Positions 40,260 through 51,200 of a stretch of DNA of 64,000 nt are shown piece by piece; the first letter of the stretch is position 1; every line of letters begins with the position of its first letter. Source of the stretch: an uncultured Veillonellaceae bacterium. GTDB taxonomy: Bacteria; Bacillota; Negativicutes; JARBTT01. A program made the translations under genes and the position numbers. The notes beneath the pieces are model-generated. The model searched no databases and was not told the DNA's origin. It saw nothing but the letters and a program-made list of their open reading frames with translations. The stretch is taken from assembly GCA_963805085.1 (NCBI GenBank), contig CAWDTA010000005.1:771464-835463 (forward strand), written 5' to 3'.

Positions 40260-41459
40260 ATGTCTGTTAAATCATATAAAGTTATTCAGCCAGAATATGT
40301 AGATCAATTTCAATGCATAGGTTCTACTTGTGAGGACACATGTTGTAGGTATTGGGAGATACCGATTGATCGAGATACGTATCAAAAGTATTGTAACATT
40401 CAAATTCCGGAATTAAAGGAAAAAATAAAAACAGGGTTTGTTCACAATTACAAGGGAAAAGATGAATTGCGGTATGCAACTATCAAATTTAATAAACAAA
40501 ACTATTGTCCATTTTTAAATGAGGATAAATTATGTTCATTCCAATATCTTTTTGGAGAACAGTATCTTTCTAAGACATGTCGTACTTATCCTCGTGGATT
40601 TTGTAAAATAAATGATAGGATTGAAGTCACAGTAGCTATTTCTTGCCCTGAAGCTGCGAGATTAATTCTATTGAATGATCAGCCAATAAAATTTATAGAA
40701 ACAGAGATAACTTTGGATGATACTTTAAATATGATATATTCTTATCCATCTCATTTATTTAAAAATGAAAATAAACCAGAATATTTTTTTGATGAGATAA
40801 GATTATTTATTATAAATTTATTGCAAAATCGGAATTTGCCATTATGGAACAGGTTAATTGTTTTAGGTTTATTTATAAATAAAATAGATGAATTGATTAT
40901 GCAACAGCAAATTTTAAAAATTCCTGCGGTAATTAAGGCTTATGAGCAGTATATAAATCGAAATGTGTTTACTGATAAGTTTGATAACATACAGAATAAT
41001 GATTCTTTTAAGTATACTGCAATAGATTCATTCGTTGAATTAATGATTGATAAAAAAGAAGTGCATGTACCGTTTAATGAATGCTTGCATGATTTTAAAA
41101 AAGGTATATCTAGTAATGAGGATAGAAAACATTATATGAATCTAGTCCTTCAAAAGGAATATATATTAGAAAATTATCTTGTTAATTATGTTTTTCAAAA
41201 TGTTTTTCCTTTTTCAGATAAAAAATTGTTGTTTGAAAATTATTTAGGTCTTGTTAGTGATTATGTCACTATTACGGGAGTTCTTGCAGGTATGGCGGGA
41301 TATTATAGAGAAGATTTAACGATTGATCATATAATAAAGTTAATATATTCTTTTGGCAGGACAACCTCTAACCAGATTTTTTCTCAGAATAGAGTAGAAT
41401 TGTTAATGGCTAATGGATGTAATAAGATTAGCAATGTAGCTTTATTATTAAAAAGTTAA
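40260..41459 (+). CDS. fliB: Flagellin lysine-N-methylase (FliB family), moron cassette 4
   Basis: FQCIGSTCEDTCC..W.I.ID, CPFLNEDKLC, TCRTYPR, SCPEAARLIL, LENYLVNY; own promoter TTGACG-N17-TATAGT at 40200-40228. Confidence 0.85.
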   Translation: MSVKSYKVIQPEYVDQFQCIGSTCEDTCCRYWEIPIDRDTYQKYCNIQIPELKEKIKTGFVHNYKGKDELRYATIKFNKQNYCPFLNEDKLCSFQYLFGEQYLSKTCRTYPRGFCKINDRIEVTVAISCPEAARLILLNDQPIKFIETEITLDDTLNMIYSYPSHLFKNENKPEYFFDEIRLFIINLLQNRNLPLWNRLIVLGLFINKIDELIMQQQILKIPAVIKAYEQYINRNVFTDKFDNIQNNDSFKYTAIDSFVELMIDKKEVHVPFNECLHDFKKGISSNEDRKHYMNLVLQKEYILENYLVNYVFQNVFPFSDKKLLFENYLGLVSDYVTITGVLAGMAGYYREDLTIDHIIKLIYSFGRTTSNQIFSQNRVELLMANGCNKISNVALLLKS

Positions 41460-41476
41460 TTTTATATTTTTTATAG

Positions 41477-41512
41477 TTAGACAGCTTGATTTTTCAGCTG
41501 TCTTTTCTTATG
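41477..41512 (+). repeat. 36-bp direct repeat (terminator hairpin) right of fliB
   Basis: Identical to 40139-40174. Confidence 0.92.
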
Positions 41513-41538
41513 CCCAAAAATGAAAGGAGAGTGATCAA

Positions 41539-42480
41539 ATGGCATGTCTAGAATTTGTTGCAAACAACGTCAAAGATTTAGTAAAGCAATCTGTAGAATT
41601 TCTTATTGATCCAAATAATTTTGCTCCGGGGATGGCTTGGCAGTTGATATATCCGGCAACTGTACAGGTGTTTGCAAATGAATCTTACGATTTGCAAAGT
41701 GGAATCGGAGGAGAGATTATTTTAAAAGGTGTAGGTGATGGCGAGGATGAGATTTACATTGGCATACAAACGAAAAATAAAGGAGAACAAACCGACATAC
41801 GGTTTAACGGATACGCTGGGTATGATGCAGGGCTTGAATGGGTTGAGCAGCCCGGTTGCATTTATCATAATACCCTTCCTATTATTCCTCTTGCCGATAA
41901 TACGAGGATGACGTGTTGGCTCAGTGCGAATTCATCAAGGTTTATTCTGACTGTTCAAATGTCGACGCAGTATGAGTGTGCCTATATTGGTTTTGTAAAA
42001 ACTGTATCGGTAGAAAGACAGTATCCTTATCCGCTTGTTATTGGAGGCAGTGGATACGATGGCGTTGGTTGGAGTTCTACGTCAGATGTGCATAGCACCT
42101 TTATTAATCCGGGAGGATCCGGCGATGATACAACACTTAGAATCAGGCGTCCTGATGGTACTTGGCGGGCGGGACAAAATAAAGGCGGAAGTCCTATAGC
42201 TGGAAAGCTTTGTGTATGGCCGCAAAATACCAAGCCGACGAATGTGCTTACAGTGCTAGATAATAATCTTACGATAGAAAATGTCATCATGTTTCCAGTG
42301 CTTTTATATGAATGTGATCAGCCAGGAATTGTTGGAGAATTTGATGGAATGTATTTTATTGGAAATCGCGAAGACTTATCATCAAAAGATACGCTGATAC
42401 ATGAAGGAAAACCGTATAAAGTTTTCAATAATGTTCATCGACGTGACAATGACGAGTATTTTGCATTTGAATGGTTTTGA
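41539..42480 (+). CDS. Virion structural/tail-tip protein
   Basis: YPYPLVIGGS, RRPDGTW, GEFDGMY; recalls D3112/YuA-type siphophage structural proteins; downstream of TMP. Confidence 0.65.
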   Translation: MACLEFVANNVKDLVKQSVEFLIDPNNFAPGMAWQLIYPATVQVFANESYDLQSGIGGEIILKGVGDGEDEIYIGIQTKNKGEQTDIRFNGYAGYDAGLEWVEQPGCIYHNTLPIIPLADNTRMTCWLSANSSRFILTVQMSTQYECAYIGFVKTVSVERQYPYPLVIGGSGYDGVGWSSTSDVHSTFINPGGSGDDTTLRIRRPDGTWRAGQNKGGSPIAGKLCVWPQNTKPTNVLTVLDNNLTIENVIMFPVLLYECDQPGIVGEFDGMYFIGNREDLSSKDTLIHEGKPYKVFNNVHRRDNDEYFAFEWF

Positions 42481-42492
42481 GGTGATTAAATA

Positions 42493-44115
42493 ATGCCTTG
42501 GAAAAAATTTATTTATAATTATAAGGGATCATCCGATACATTTTTAGATGATGTACTTGCAGATATTACTACCTATGTAACAGATCAAAGTATCCATGGA
42601 GATGATGCTTGGCAATTGATGAGAAATAAAAGCTGGCCATATGGGACGGTCTTAAAAGTGCCAAATTACCAAGAAAATGAATATGGATATATTGGGCTTA
42701 TGACAGATGAAATTCGTGTTGGTAGTTCTTATTGGAATTGGTTAAAACAAGACGATGTTTTAAGAAAAGAATTTGCTTTAAGTAAAAAAGGGTTAGGATT
42801 AGCAGATAATACGGATTTTACAATAAATAATGGTGTGGTTACCCTATATTCAAAAAACTCTTATGATGTAAAAGTGGGAACAAAAAAATTGCCGAACGGC
42901 AAAGATGAAGCAATATACAGTGAGAATTATAGCTTTACGGCAAGAGGTTCTTATCAATTCTCCCCGACTCCAGATATTTTTGCTAAAGATGCAAATGTTT
43001 TATTCTTTACAATGTTTAAGCAGTATCAGCCAGAGTTTGATTGGTCAGAGCTTATGGGGAATGAAAGAGCAAGCATTCAGGCAAAAGCACTGAAATATTA
43101 CAATACTTATACAGGACAAACCTATCCATCATTGCTTGATCCGCCACTGTATCCTGGAGTAGGCTGTCCTGCAATTGGTTATAGTCCAGGGTGTTTCGAT
43201 TTTACGAAGAATGAGTGTAGCCAAGATGATAAAGAAAAAGCGATAACTGTGTACCTGTATAAAGACAGGCATCGTTTAATTATCATTATCAACTGGCAAG
43301 AGCATTGGGATGTAGCATCTGTAGGCTTTTTTGAAGCCTTTGACACGCAAAGTGAATATCCTTTTCCTGCAATGGCGTTAGGTGGGACAAGTGGTGCCTT
43401 ACCACTTACGGAACTTTGTAGTTATAACGGTACACCACAAGTGGAGCATGGCTTCCGTCTGGATTACACAGAAAAAAATTGGTCTCTTTCACATGGAAAT
43501 CCAACCTTTGCATCGACTTGGTGGAATGGTTCAAATACTTTTCTAGATAGCTATATGTATTCTCAGGTACAGGCAATGCTGCCTAATGGTAACTGGCAAT
43601 CCTTTGCTAATTTTGGTTTGCAACAAGACACGTACTATTACCATGATCGTGGGCAGTATTATTCTGCACATAAAGAGCCGGAGAGAATATCTGGTGCAAG
43701 GTACTATCTGACACCGAATTTTACCGATTTGAGCGCAGTGAAAAATATCTATCCTTCCGGGACTGTAAATACTCCATATTTAAATGATATAGCTATGGAA
43801 AATCGCAGTACGTATCAGTTAGAACCATTGTATTTTATTGCCAATACGGCTGGAAATACCAATCAAAATATTCTCGGAAAAATTAAAAATATCTACTGGT
43901 CTTCGCAGCCAGTGACTAGATATGGTATTCATGAAAAGGATGGAGCGACTTATCTGGTGTTGCCAAATGGATGGGTAAATCGAAAGTTTCATATGAAAAA
44001 CTTTTTTTCGGTACTGCAGGGTGAAGCGCAATCAAACGAGAGGCAGATTGCTGAATTTGAGCGATTAGATAAACTATCACGCTGTATGAATTGCGTGATT
44101 AAATTAAGCGATTAA
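42493..44115 (+). CDS. Virion structural/tail-tip protein (paralog of previous)
   Basis: EYPFPAMALGGTS, MLPNGNW, ILGKIKNIYW align with motifs in 41539-42480. Confidence 0.6.
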   Translation: MPWKKFIYNYKGSSDTFLDDVLADITTYVTDQSIHGDDAWQLMRNKSWPYGTVLKVPNYQENEYGYIGLMTDEIRVGSSYWNWLKQDDVLRKEFALSKKGLGLADNTDFTINNGVVTLYSKNSYDVKVGTKKLPNGKDEAIYSENYSFTARGSYQFSPTPDIFAKDANVLFFTMFKQYQPEFDWSELMGNERASIQAKALKYYNTYTGQTYPSLLDPPLYPGVGCPAIGYSPGCFDFTKNECSQDDKEKAITVYLYKDRHRLIIIINWQEHWDVASVGFFEAFDTQSEYPFPAMALGGTSGALPLTELCSYNGTPQVEHGFRLDYTEKNWSLSHGNPTFASTWWNGSNTFLDSYMYSQVQAMLPNGNWQSFANFGLQQDTYYYHDRGQYYSAHKEPERISGARYYLTPNFTDLSAVKNIYPSGTVNTPYLNDIAMENRSTYQLEPLYFIANTAGNTNQNILGKIKNIYWSSQPVTRYGIHEKDGATYLVLPNGWVNRKFHMKNFFSVLQGEAQSNERQIAEFERLDKLSRCMNCVIKLSD

Positions 44116-44127
44116 GGAAGTGAGAAA

Positions 44128-45204
44128 ATGGCATATACAGTATATGAAAAATTAGGCGGACCAAATGACGTCTTAGAAAAAATCAGAGATTTTCTTGTCG
44201 ATAAGGGGTTCACTGTTCTCAATAATTGTACAAGTGATTTGGATATAAACGGTAGTGGGATAAGCGATGGCAATGTCCTAGTGGTGAAAAAGAATGATCT
44301 TTACGCTGTTTTTCGCTCAGCAAATGGGAAAGTGATTTTTGCTAATCAGCAAAATTCTAATCAATCCTATGGAATTGGGCTGACATGTGCAACGAACTAT
44401 ACAGTAAATCCGCCGAGTGGCAAATGGTTTGATCAACCGAATGTTGTTGTTAATACAGCGCAGAGCCCAATTGGTGTAGGTATACCAGTAAAACAAAGTG
44501 ATAACTATCGTCTCTATTGTAACTATGTGGATGATCCTGCAATTATGGTGGTATTATCTTTGGAACTTGAAAAAGGGATATTTCAGCATTTGGCATTTGG
44601 AGAAACACAGAAAGTTGGTACATGGAACGGTGGAACAATTTTTAGCGGTAGTAAAAACTCGTACAATATGTTTCCAACATCGTGGGACGTAGAGCAAATT
44701 GCTGCTGGTTCGAATCATTTATTTGGTATGTCCTCGAATCCAAGTACGTTTTTGCGTATTGATGTCGATGCCGCACCGCTTCGGCAAAATCCAGTGTTTT
44801 GGGCCACGGCGGGCCCCGCAGCGGGCACTTGTAGTACGGGGAAAATTCTAGGGACTCCACTGACAAATCTAGATTCATTAGGGGCTAGCTGGTTCCCAAA
44901 GGTACCGCATTATGCTTATCTGCAATCGCAAACTGTATCTGACTACGGCAGAAACGTCAATACGTTAAACTGCATCAGTGTTAATTTACCGATTGCGTTA
45001 TACATCCAAAGAGACCCAGATTCTTTAATGAATTTTTCTCAGGTAGGTTATGTACCGGCGGTTTATGCGATTTCAATGAGAAATATAGCACCTGCAAGTT
45101 GCTACGAAATCAGCTATCCAAAGTCAGGAAATCTGCACCAGGTATTCCCGCATGTAAAAAGAGCTGGTATGTTTGGTTACGACGGAATTTCTATTATGCA
45201 GTAG
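44128..45204 (+). CDS. Virion structural/tail-tip protein
   Basis: FQHLAFG...K.GTWNGG, WQ/HQVFP-type C-terminus; tail operon context. Confidence 0.6.
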   Translation: MAYTVYEKLGGPNDVLEKIRDFLVDKGFTVLNNCTSDLDINGSGISDGNVLVVKKNDLYAVFRSANGKVIFANQQNSNQSYGIGLTCATNYTVNPPSGKWFDQPNVVVNTAQSPIGVGIPVKQSDNYRLYCNYVDDPAIMVVLSLELEKGIFQHLAFGETQKVGTWNGGTIFSGSKNSYNMFPTSWDVEQIAAGSNHLFGMSSNPSTFLRIDVDAAPLRQNPVFWATAGPAAGTCSTGKILGTPLTNLDSLGASWFPKVPHYAYLQSQTVSDYGRNVNTLNCISVNLPIALYIQRDPDSLMNFSQVGYVPAVYAISMRNIAPASCYEISYPKSGNLHQVFPHVKRAGMFGYDGISIMQ

Positions 45205-45216
45205 GAGTGATGCGTT

Positions 45217-46158
45217 ATGTCAAACGAAAGAGGCGGCTTCATGGCAAATATGCTTTCGGGTGGATATTTAGATAAATCCTCGAAAAGCGTAAGGCGCTGT
45301 CCACGGGGGATTGATCTTGTCCGTATGAAAGCATTGGGCCATTTAGGTGTAAATTTCCATGAAGAATATTATGGCGATACGATGGCTTGGTTTGAATTGG
45401 AATCTATAAGGTTAAAACATGGCAATAGTTCAACTGTAAAATATCCGCAGCTACAGACAGGCTGGACTTATTACTATGACGCAATCGGGAAAATTTTTAC
45501 GGTCACTGACGATAAGGGCGTACAAACCTCAGAAAAGATAAATACATTGTCAGATATGGGAATTGTTTGGGATATTTTAAGTTCGCATCAATTCAAAATC
45601 TATTTTTCAGCGAGATTTATCAATGATGCTTTTTTAATCGCATGGGTAAAAAAACGTGGCTATGTTTACGATGACGATGGAAAAATAATTGATCCTGATG
45701 ATACTATACCGAAAGATGATACAATCATTGATTTAGGTTATAAATTGGCGTATGTTGATCAGTTTTTTAATGAAACACTGCATCACCGATGTAGTAGGAT
45801 AGTGAAAAAGGAATTTAAGCAACCAGAATCGGAAAATAGGATCACGCAAGTATTATGTGAGCCAAAAAAAGCTGAAATTTTGAGAACGAGTGTACCGGTA
45901 AGACGTGCGACAGGCGATTATTCGGATATGGCGATCAAAGGCCCTGAAGTAAAATTTGTCATGGCAAATAAAAAGCGAAATGCAATCATCGATATCATTT
46001 TAGGAGAATTTTTGATGGTTGCATTTTTTGCGTCCATTATGAATATGAGTAAACCTGTTTTCGAGCCTTGGATGTTATGGGGGCTTTGGAAGTGGCTTGG
46101 TAGTGGAAAACCGATTGAATCAATTGAAAAAATCTTTGATTTGTCGCCAAGGTGGTGA
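45217..46158 (+). CDS. Hypothetical tail-associated protein
   Basis: Tightly packed in the tail operon; no motif recognised. Confidence 0.55.
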   Translation: MSNERGGFMANMLSGGYLDKSSKSVRRCPRGIDLVRMKALGHLGVNFHEEYYGDTMAWFELESIRLKHGNSSTVKYPQLQTGWTYYYDAIGKIFTVTDDKGVQTSEKINTLSDMGIVWDILSSHQFKIYFSARFINDAFLIAWVKKRGYVYDDDGKIIDPDDTIPKDDTIIDLGYKLAYVDQFFNETLHHRCSRIVKKEFKQPESENRITQVLCEPKKAEILRTSVPVRRATGDYSDMAIKGPEVKFVMANKKRNAIIDIILGEFLMVAFFASIMNMSKPVFEPWMLWGLWKWLGSGKPIESIEKIFDLSPRW

Positions 46159-46164
46159 AGAATT

Positions 46165-47373
46165 TTGAGTGAAAAAATTACAGAACAAATTGAATATTTA
46201 ACGCAGATTCATACTGCATGGGATGGCACGGAGCAAAGAGTAGTTCTCAGAGGAAAACCGCGTCGGTATGTAAAGTATGAATATGTAGGTGTAAATACCA
46301 AGCAGAGTCAGTACTTGCGGGCGTTAACCTGTAGCACACAGACACAAATTTTACAATTCCCACTTTGGCATGCAAATACAATTTTGGGAAATATAATTTA
46401 CGATAGGCAAAGCATTGTCGCGCTAAAAAAAGAAGATATGTGGAATTATCGCGATTGTGCAGGAACGATGCTCTGGACAAATGATGAAGATGGTGGCGAA
46501 TATTTTACATTGAAAAATGTAAGCGCAGATGGAATTTTACATTTAAGCAAACAAGTAACACATGATTGGAAAGCCTTTAGTACACTTGTCGTGCCAGTGT
46601 TTTGGGGGATATTACAGCAGGAAGATAAATATACAAATCTTACTGCTGAGTTGACGAATATGACAATTAATGTAGAGTTTATCAATCGTGGCTTAAGCAT
46701 AGACTTGCCAGATGGGGTCAATGAATATAATTATCCGCGCTTATCCTTTGAAGAAAGTAAAAATGCGCCGGATGAGTACCTAGGAAGGGAATTATTTATG
46801 ATGCCACCTACCTGGAACGAAGATATTGGCAGTAGCTACAGTCGCAATGCAAACCGATTAGATAATCAATCAGGCGTTATACGGTATGATTTAAAGTCAA
46901 ATGAAACAACAGAAGTACGCAGCATGGAGTATAGTGCAATTAGCCATGAAGAACTTCAGTTTATCCAGCGCTTTTTTTGCCGTTGTAAAGGGCGATTGAA
47001 ATCATTTTATGCTCCTACTTGGGTTAGTGATGTGGAACTCGTAGAGAGTGTAACATCTGGTAACGTATTAATTGCAAAATTTAATTTGTATTGGAAATAT
47101 TACATGTCAAGCAAAAGGAGAAAAACCATCATTATTTTTTTTCAGGACGGTACCATTGAGATTTTAAAAATCGCAGGCTTCAGCCTTGATGATAGTCAAA
47201 AATATGGAAAGATATTTCTAGATATGCCAATTGAAAAAGCGCTTAATAAAAACGAAATCAAGATGATGTCGTTTCTCTGTCTATACAGACTCAATAGCGA
47301 TACGTTGACAACCGATTATGAAACGACTGGTATTGCCAATATAAACCTAGAATTCGCGGAGGTAACAGAATAA
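46165..47373 (+). CDS. Distal tail-like structural protein
   Basis: WDGTEQRVVLRGKPRR, PLW, FF.RCKGRLKSFYAPTW, RLNSD; precedes the BR0599-type gene. Confidence 0.65.
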   Translation: MSEKITEQIEYLTQIHTAWDGTEQRVVLRGKPRRYVKYEYVGVNTKQSQYLRALTCSTQTQILQFPLWHANTILGNIIYDRQSIVALKKEDMWNYRDCAGTMLWTNDEDGGEYFTLKNVSADGILHLSKQVTHDWKAFSTLVVPVFWGILQQEDKYTNLTAELTNMTINVEFINRGLSIDLPDGVNEYNYPRLSFEESKNAPDEYLGRELFMMPPTWNEDIGSSYSRNANRLDNQSGVIRYDLKSNETTEVRSMEYSAISHEELQFIQRFFCRCKGRLKSFYAPTWVSDVELVESVTSGNVLIAKFNLYWKYYMSSKRRKTIIIFFQDGTIEILKIAGFSLDDSQKYGKIFLDMPIEKALNKNEIKMMSFLCLYRLNSDTLTTDYETTGIANINLEFAEVTE

Positions 47374-48279
47374 ATGGACAAAGAAGAAAGCAATATTACG
47401 GTTTATGAAAAATTAATCGAAGGCGGTCAACCGGTAGAACTTTATAAATTTACACAAAAAAATATCAATTATTTTTACACGTCAAATCACCAAGATGTGA
47501 GTATAACAATTAAAGATGAAGGGCAAGTGCGGACGGAAAAATATTTTGCCGACTATATTGAACGGGCAGAAATTCGCCCGAATACAAGCGGCAATACAGC
47601 ATCCGATATGCAGATTACTGTATGGAAAGATCATCCGGTTGCGAAACTTTTTCAGGGAGCTCCCCCAGAAAAGTCTGTCGAAGTTCGAATTTATCGTGCA
47701 CATGCTGAAAATATCGATAAATATGATGTTGTATTTTACGGTATCATTAGTCAGGCCAATTTTCAGGAATCAAAATGCAATTTAACTGCAAAACTTGAAA
47801 ACTGGCTTGATAAAGAATTGCCGAATGGAATGTACCAATATTTTTGTAAAAATATGATTTACGATCAAAATTGCCGTTTAAGTAAAGCGGATTGGCAGGT
47901 CAATATTTTCGTTGATAAGGTTGAAGAGCTAAAGATTTACTCCATGCAATTTGCAAATTACGAAGATGGCTATTTTACCGGGGGATGCTTATATTATGAC
48001 GATCAGATTCGTATGATTGATTCGCACAAAGGAAATATCGTTACGGTAAGATACCCCTTTTTAAGAGATCCGCATAACGATGTAGTCGTAACGCCAGGGT
48101 GTGATCATTTATTTTCTGTATGCGCCAAAAAATTTAAAAATATAGAAAATTTCACTGGTTGTCCTTATATACCGCCAACTGACAGCGAGAAAAATCCAAC
48201 TGGTAAAGGGGTGTATTGGGTAGATTCATCAGTAATTGAACGGGATTCAAAAGGCTTTGTCGGAACGATAAAGATATAG
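47374..48279 (+). CDS. Phage BR0599/DUF2163 family tail-tip (gpL-like) protein
   Basis: PVELYKF; C..MIYD..C; PGCDH...C..KFKN.ENFTG.PYIP Cys cluster. Confidence 0.85.
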   Translation: MDKEESNITVYEKLIEGGQPVELYKFTQKNINYFYTSNHQDVSITIKDEGQVRTEKYFADYIERAEIRPNTSGNTASDMQITVWKDHPVAKLFQGAPPEKSVEVRIYRAHAENIDKYDVVFYGIISQANFQESKCNLTAKLENWLDKELPNGMYQYFCKNMIYDQNCRLSKADWQVNIFVDKVEELKIYSMQFANYEDGYFTGGCLYYDDQIRMIDSHKGNIVTVRYPFLRDPHNDVVVTPGCDHLFSVCAKKFKNIENFTGCPYIPPTDSEKNPTGKGVYWVDSSVIERDSKGFVGTIKI

Positions 48280-48289
48280 GAGTGAGAAA

Positions 48290-51200
48290 ATGGCACTAAA
48301 TCCATATGCAGGCTGGGGGTTATCTACTCTGGCCTTGTATTTTTTAAATAAAAGCTCAAAATCCCAGAGTGATTCTTCAAGCCTAAAGCCTAGTGATTTA
48401 AATGTAACTGAGACAAAAATAGGAACGCCAATACCAGTCATCTTAGGGACGAGCCTAATTAAATCGCCACTGACTATTTATTATGGAGATTTTAGAGCAG
48501 AAGCTTATACAGAAACCTACGCAGCTCACGCCAATTTCTCGGCTTGGCCGTTGGTATTTGCACTGATAGCTCAGTACATAGCTGCACCGTCAACTACCGT
48601 CGGTAACGGCGGTGGACCAGTAAAGACTTCAGGTGGGGCTGGTTCTTGTACGGTTACCATCGCAGGTAAGGATATGGCGGTAGGACCTTTGATTAATGCT
48701 TTATTTATGTGGCTTTTGTCGTGGCTTATCAACGGTAGAAATCTAAAGACGACATTACAAAAAGGGTTTAAGTATTATCTTGGATATCAGCAGCTTATTT
48801 GCTGGTCTGGAGAAAATGTAAAATTAAAGAAAATTTATATGAATGAAGAACTTGTATGGGAAGGCAGTGTGGGAGCAAAAGAACAAAATGGTAGTGCTCT
48901 TGTTATACCAATAAACAACGATCAATTGTTTGGAGGTCCAGATGAAAATGGAGGATTTGTTGGTGAAATTCATGTATATTTTGGCGGAGCTAATCAAATG
49001 CCGGATGCCTGGATGGTAAATCAAATGCAGGCAGATAGTATTCAGCAAGAGCTTCGTGGTCTTACGCCAGCGTATCGTCCGTTTATTTCAGTTGTTATTC
49101 CTAGCGCTTACGTCGGCAAACAGGCTACGGTACCAACGATGTGGTATGAGATTGAAAACATACCGGATCATCTTGGATTAGGGAGAGTTGATGAAGATAT
49201 AAATCCAGCTGAGGCTTTTTATGAAATGCATGTCAATAAAAATTGGGGGCTTGCTGAATCGGAAGAGATTTTAAACCTTGATGCGTTGAAAGAAATCGGT
49301 GAAACATTGCAAGAGGAAAAAATCGGAATTACATTACCGCTAACGAGTAAAGTTACAGCAGGGCAGATCATTGATTCAATTTGTGAGCATATCAATGCAG
49401 TGAAATTTATTGAGCCTAAAGATGGAAAACTTACCTATCGATTAATTAGAAACGATCTTAATCAATATAAGACAGACGAGGAATTGCCAGAGGATCAAAA
49501 GAATTTAAAAGAAATATTCTTGTTAAATGAAAGTAATATTTCAACCATTTCCTTTTCGCGGCTTGATTGGCGCGAAACAGTATCGGAGATATCGGCAACC
49601 TATACTGATAGATCGGCATTATACGAAACAGGGTCTTTATCTGATACAGATCAGGCAAATGTTGAAATCAATAATGGAATTCAGACGACGAAAACTTATT
49701 CTTATCCGTATTTTACAAAAGCCGAAAATGCTTTATGGGCCGCTAAACGGGAATTAATGCAGCAAGGATATCCACTAGCTACAGCTTCTGTTGAAGGAAA
49801 TCGAAATTTGTATATGCTGCGGCTTGGAGATATTTGCTGTTTGAATTTTCCGGCATATGGTATTAAAAATATGCTATTTAGAGTTACTGATGTAAATTTA
49901 GGGAACTTTACGGACGGGAAGATTAAAATTGAGCTCATGGAAGATATCTTCAGCTTAGCAAAAACAGATTTTAATTTTTCAGATTCTACAGAATGGAAAC
50001 CTGAACCGCTTTATCCAACAGGAGTTCAAGCTTTTAATTATTTTGAATTGCCGTATGAAATTATGCAGATTAAAGATACGTACGTGTTTGCATTTGCTGC
50101 AAAGCCAGATCTGAAAACACAAGCTTGGACGATATGGCGCAAGCGAGCAGGTGAGAATTTTGAAACGACAAATACCATGAGTAAATGGACAGCAACTGGC
50201 CGGCTCATTTATGACTACGATGCGTTTGGCAATGCTGAGGACTTGACGGGGATTGAAATCATCGATTTAGGTGGCATTGAAGATTTAAGATTCAGTGCAC
50301 TTAGTGATTCCGCAACCAATATCGTATCAGCAAGGCGTGGCGGTAAACTCCTAATGATGGGAAATGAGCTCATGGCATGGAGCAATATTGCTCAGATCCC
50401 AAATGGTAACTGGCGTGTACAGGGAATAATTCGCGGGGTATACGATACTGTGCCAGAAAGACATGGAAATGGCGAGATTATTTACTTTATAGAATCCGGG
50501 CATTATGCAAACGTAACGACTGGCGGACCGGTTTGTCATGAAAGAAATATAGTGGATGAATTTTATAACATTACAACCAGTACGGTAAATGAAAAAGAAG
50601 ATTTTGACAATGCTAAGGTGCGACGTCTTACTACAGTTAGGCGTGCAGAGCGACCTTCGCCGCCAGGCAAAATTCGTATGAATGCGCATTTGCTTTATGA
50701 GCAGGTTAACACGAGTAAAATTGCAGGGGATTTAAATATTAAATGGTTTGCACGAAATAAGCAGTTTAGTTTTGGCTGTGTAAGTCAGGATGATGAAAAA
50801 GAATACTGGAGTAGTACAGCTTTTACGCCACCAGTTGGATTGGAATACATCGTAAATGTATATGTTGACGATAAACAGATCAAAGAGTACACATTGCCAG
50901 ATACAGCATCAATATTTGAGTATTCGTGGGCGCAAAGAGCTATAGATGGTGGGAATCTTGCAGGTATTACAGGAGAAACAACAATTGAAATTTATGCGAA
51001 ATTAAATGATCTGCTATCTTATCAGGCACAGAAACGGACTTTTAATTGGAGTATCCCAACGATGGTTAACGGTGTTGTGGATGAGCAGACCGCATTGAAA
51101 TGTATCTCCAATTGGGGTGATACTGCAGAGATAGTTGTGCCTCAAAATACGGCATCAGATGAGCAGTATGTCAAATACGTTAATCTTCCAGTTATACTTT

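Noticed and set aside
40139-41512. CRISPR array (36-bp palindromic repeats)
   Set aside because: Only two copies, 1.3 kb apart, each a terminator hairpin; no cas genes
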